Translations under genes and position numbers: made by a program
NCBI GenBank assembly: GCA_001179505.1
Contig: CDMY01000275.1
Coordinates: 494,295-558,294 of the forward strand
Length of the DNA: 64,000 bases
Direction of reading: 5' to 3'
Origin: Vitrella brassicaformis CCMP3155
Taxonomy: Eukaryota; Protista; Chromerida
Notes under the pieces: generated by a model
What the model was told of the DNA's origin: nothing
Database searches by the model: none
What the model saw: only the letters and a program-made list of their open reading frames with translations
Shown here: in pieces, positions 62,501 through 64,000 of the stretch
How positions within the stretch are numbered: position 1 is the first letter of the stretch
Layout: every line of letters starts with the position of its first letter

Positions 62501-63419
62501 CTGCGACACAGCGGAGAACCACCACAGTTATGGGCGGCTTTCGCCCCCACGAGCGAGCCAGATCGAGTGTGGCCTCATCGAGTGACGAGAACAGCTCGCC
62601 CTCCGTGACCACTCAGCAAAACGGCTGCTCCATGTGTGGCGACGACGATGGCCATCGTCGCAAGGGCAGAGAGGGAAGGGCTGCAGAGTCGGGGCTTCGA
62701 CGTGACACACCGACAGTCCCCGAACCAAGGACCGACACACGGTGCGATCAAGACAAGGGGGAAGGAGTGGTACCTGCATGGTGTCTATCTCGATTGTCTG
62801 TTGCTGCAGACCTGGGATGACTGAGCACGAGATGGGCCGGGTGATTGCTGATCTGAACGCCAGGATGGACAGGCTCTTCGAGTCCATCGGGCAGATCCCC
62901 CCACCCATACAGCTACCCCAGCCCCCCACTGGCACACACGAGGCGAAAGCACCGGCCCCTCACCCCACACCCGTCGCCGATAAGCCAGACCACACTCGCC
63001 TCTTCGGCTGGCCACGCCGCCCCACCCCGCCGCCAGCTCGGCCTGAGGTGCCACAGCCACAGCGGCAGCAGCAGGACCTGACGCCAGCGAAGGGCCGCAC
63101 GAGCGGCACGTCACCCTTGGAGAGTGGCGAGGTTCGCTCGGTGCGCTCGGCGGCAAAGTATGATCCCTTTGACCACATGAGCCCTGGGGAGGTGCGGGGC
63201 AGCGTGGTGTCGTCACTGGAGCCCGGCGAGGTCCGGGGTGCATTCTCTGGTACGCACCGATACATGCACCCACACAGAGGCAGGCAGACCGTGACATTCG
63301 TGCTGCTGCGTATGTTGGTTTGTGTTGTAGGCGTTGTGACGCCAGATGACTCCTCTGACCTGTCGAGCGACGATGAGCCTCCTGCTGTGCCTTGCAGGAC
63401 CCAACACCGTCGTCGCTGA
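58216..63419 (+). CDS. Large low-complexity Pro/Ala/Glu-rich hypothetical protein with coiled-coil segments
   Basis: 2.7-kb uninterrupted exon inside ORF 59287-62280, with flanking GT-AG exons; charged helical segments (EELKREREAWERDAAEFE, EEAIRRLQEERARDEEERKRRE). Confidence 0.65.
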
Positions 63420-64000
63420 CAGAGCCATCTGATGATACAGATGGGACGGAGCGGTGGCTCATGGTTGAACTGATAGATAGAATGATAGATAGCAGCGTCA
63501 CAGATGGGACCTTCGGGGAAGGGTTGTTTGTTTTTCTGTCTTGTTTTTCGGTCGGTCTTTCCGTCTGTTCGTCTGCCGTCTGTCGGTATTTGTTTTGTTT
63601 TCACCCGGAGATTGTTGTGGCCGACCTTCTGCCAGCCCAACAATGTGCATAGATTGATGTAGAATGGGCGGATGGATTGGGGAGACGCTCGAGAGACATC
63701 CAGTAGCGGGACTGACGCGAGATGCATAAGGAAGCACATTGAAAGGCGCATTGCCATCGCCATGAGTTTCCCTCCTCCCAAGGCAGCTGCAATAGTTGGA
63801 AGGCCGCGCGGACAATGGAACAATTAAGTGGGAACAATCCGGTCGATGGGACCCCACGCGAATGCGTGTCGACGAACTGTTACGAGGGGGGAGGGGCCCC
63901 CGAGTAATGGGAGGCGATCTGCCAGACGGAGAGCATAGGAAAATGGCGGGCAACAAATATACACAGTTTTGTCGAGAGTGATTTTTGATCGCCTTGAGGT

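Noticed and set aside
63420-64000. Minus-strand ORF 62960-63823 as a gene
   Set aside because: Largely antisense to the preceding gene's last exons and UTR; no recognisable motif or reliable splice model.

Overview
Eukaryotic, intron-rich genomic DNA with six 300-N scaffold gaps. GT-AG introns full of (GT)n, (GACA)n and (CATC)n microsatellites, plus Apple/PAN domains, point to an alveolate, most likely a chromerid such as Vitrella (inference). The window has three zones. (1) 1-2.6 kb: two host genes, including an FN3-like type I membrane protein. (2) About 2.8-46.3 kb: a repeat-rich accessory block. It holds a double J-domain gene, foldback-like satellites and a cluster of four secreted carbohydrate-active genes: an Apple-GH3 beta-glucosidase, a circularly permuted GH16 beta-glucanase with an Apple-like domain and TM anchor, and two large paralogues with a sugar-dehydrogenase-like propeller, PKD and IPT/TIG domains (one also carrying three Apple domains and a malectin domain). 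After the cluster come a CRE-like non-LTR retrotransposon with a 16-bp TSD, a Copia pol with one nonsense codon, and a non-autonomous TIR element containing telomere-like repeats. (3) 46.7-64 kb: a gene-dense zone with a TM-LRR-EF-hand protein, PLAC8, a PPPDE peptidase, RPN13 and two hypothetical proteins. The best candidate for an undescribed system is the PUL-like beta-glucan cluster, in which bacterial-type enzymes are fused to apicomplexan-style Apple adhesion modules; three of its four genes have frameshifts at slippage-prone sites. All gene models and family calls were made by eye from motifs; no database searches were run.
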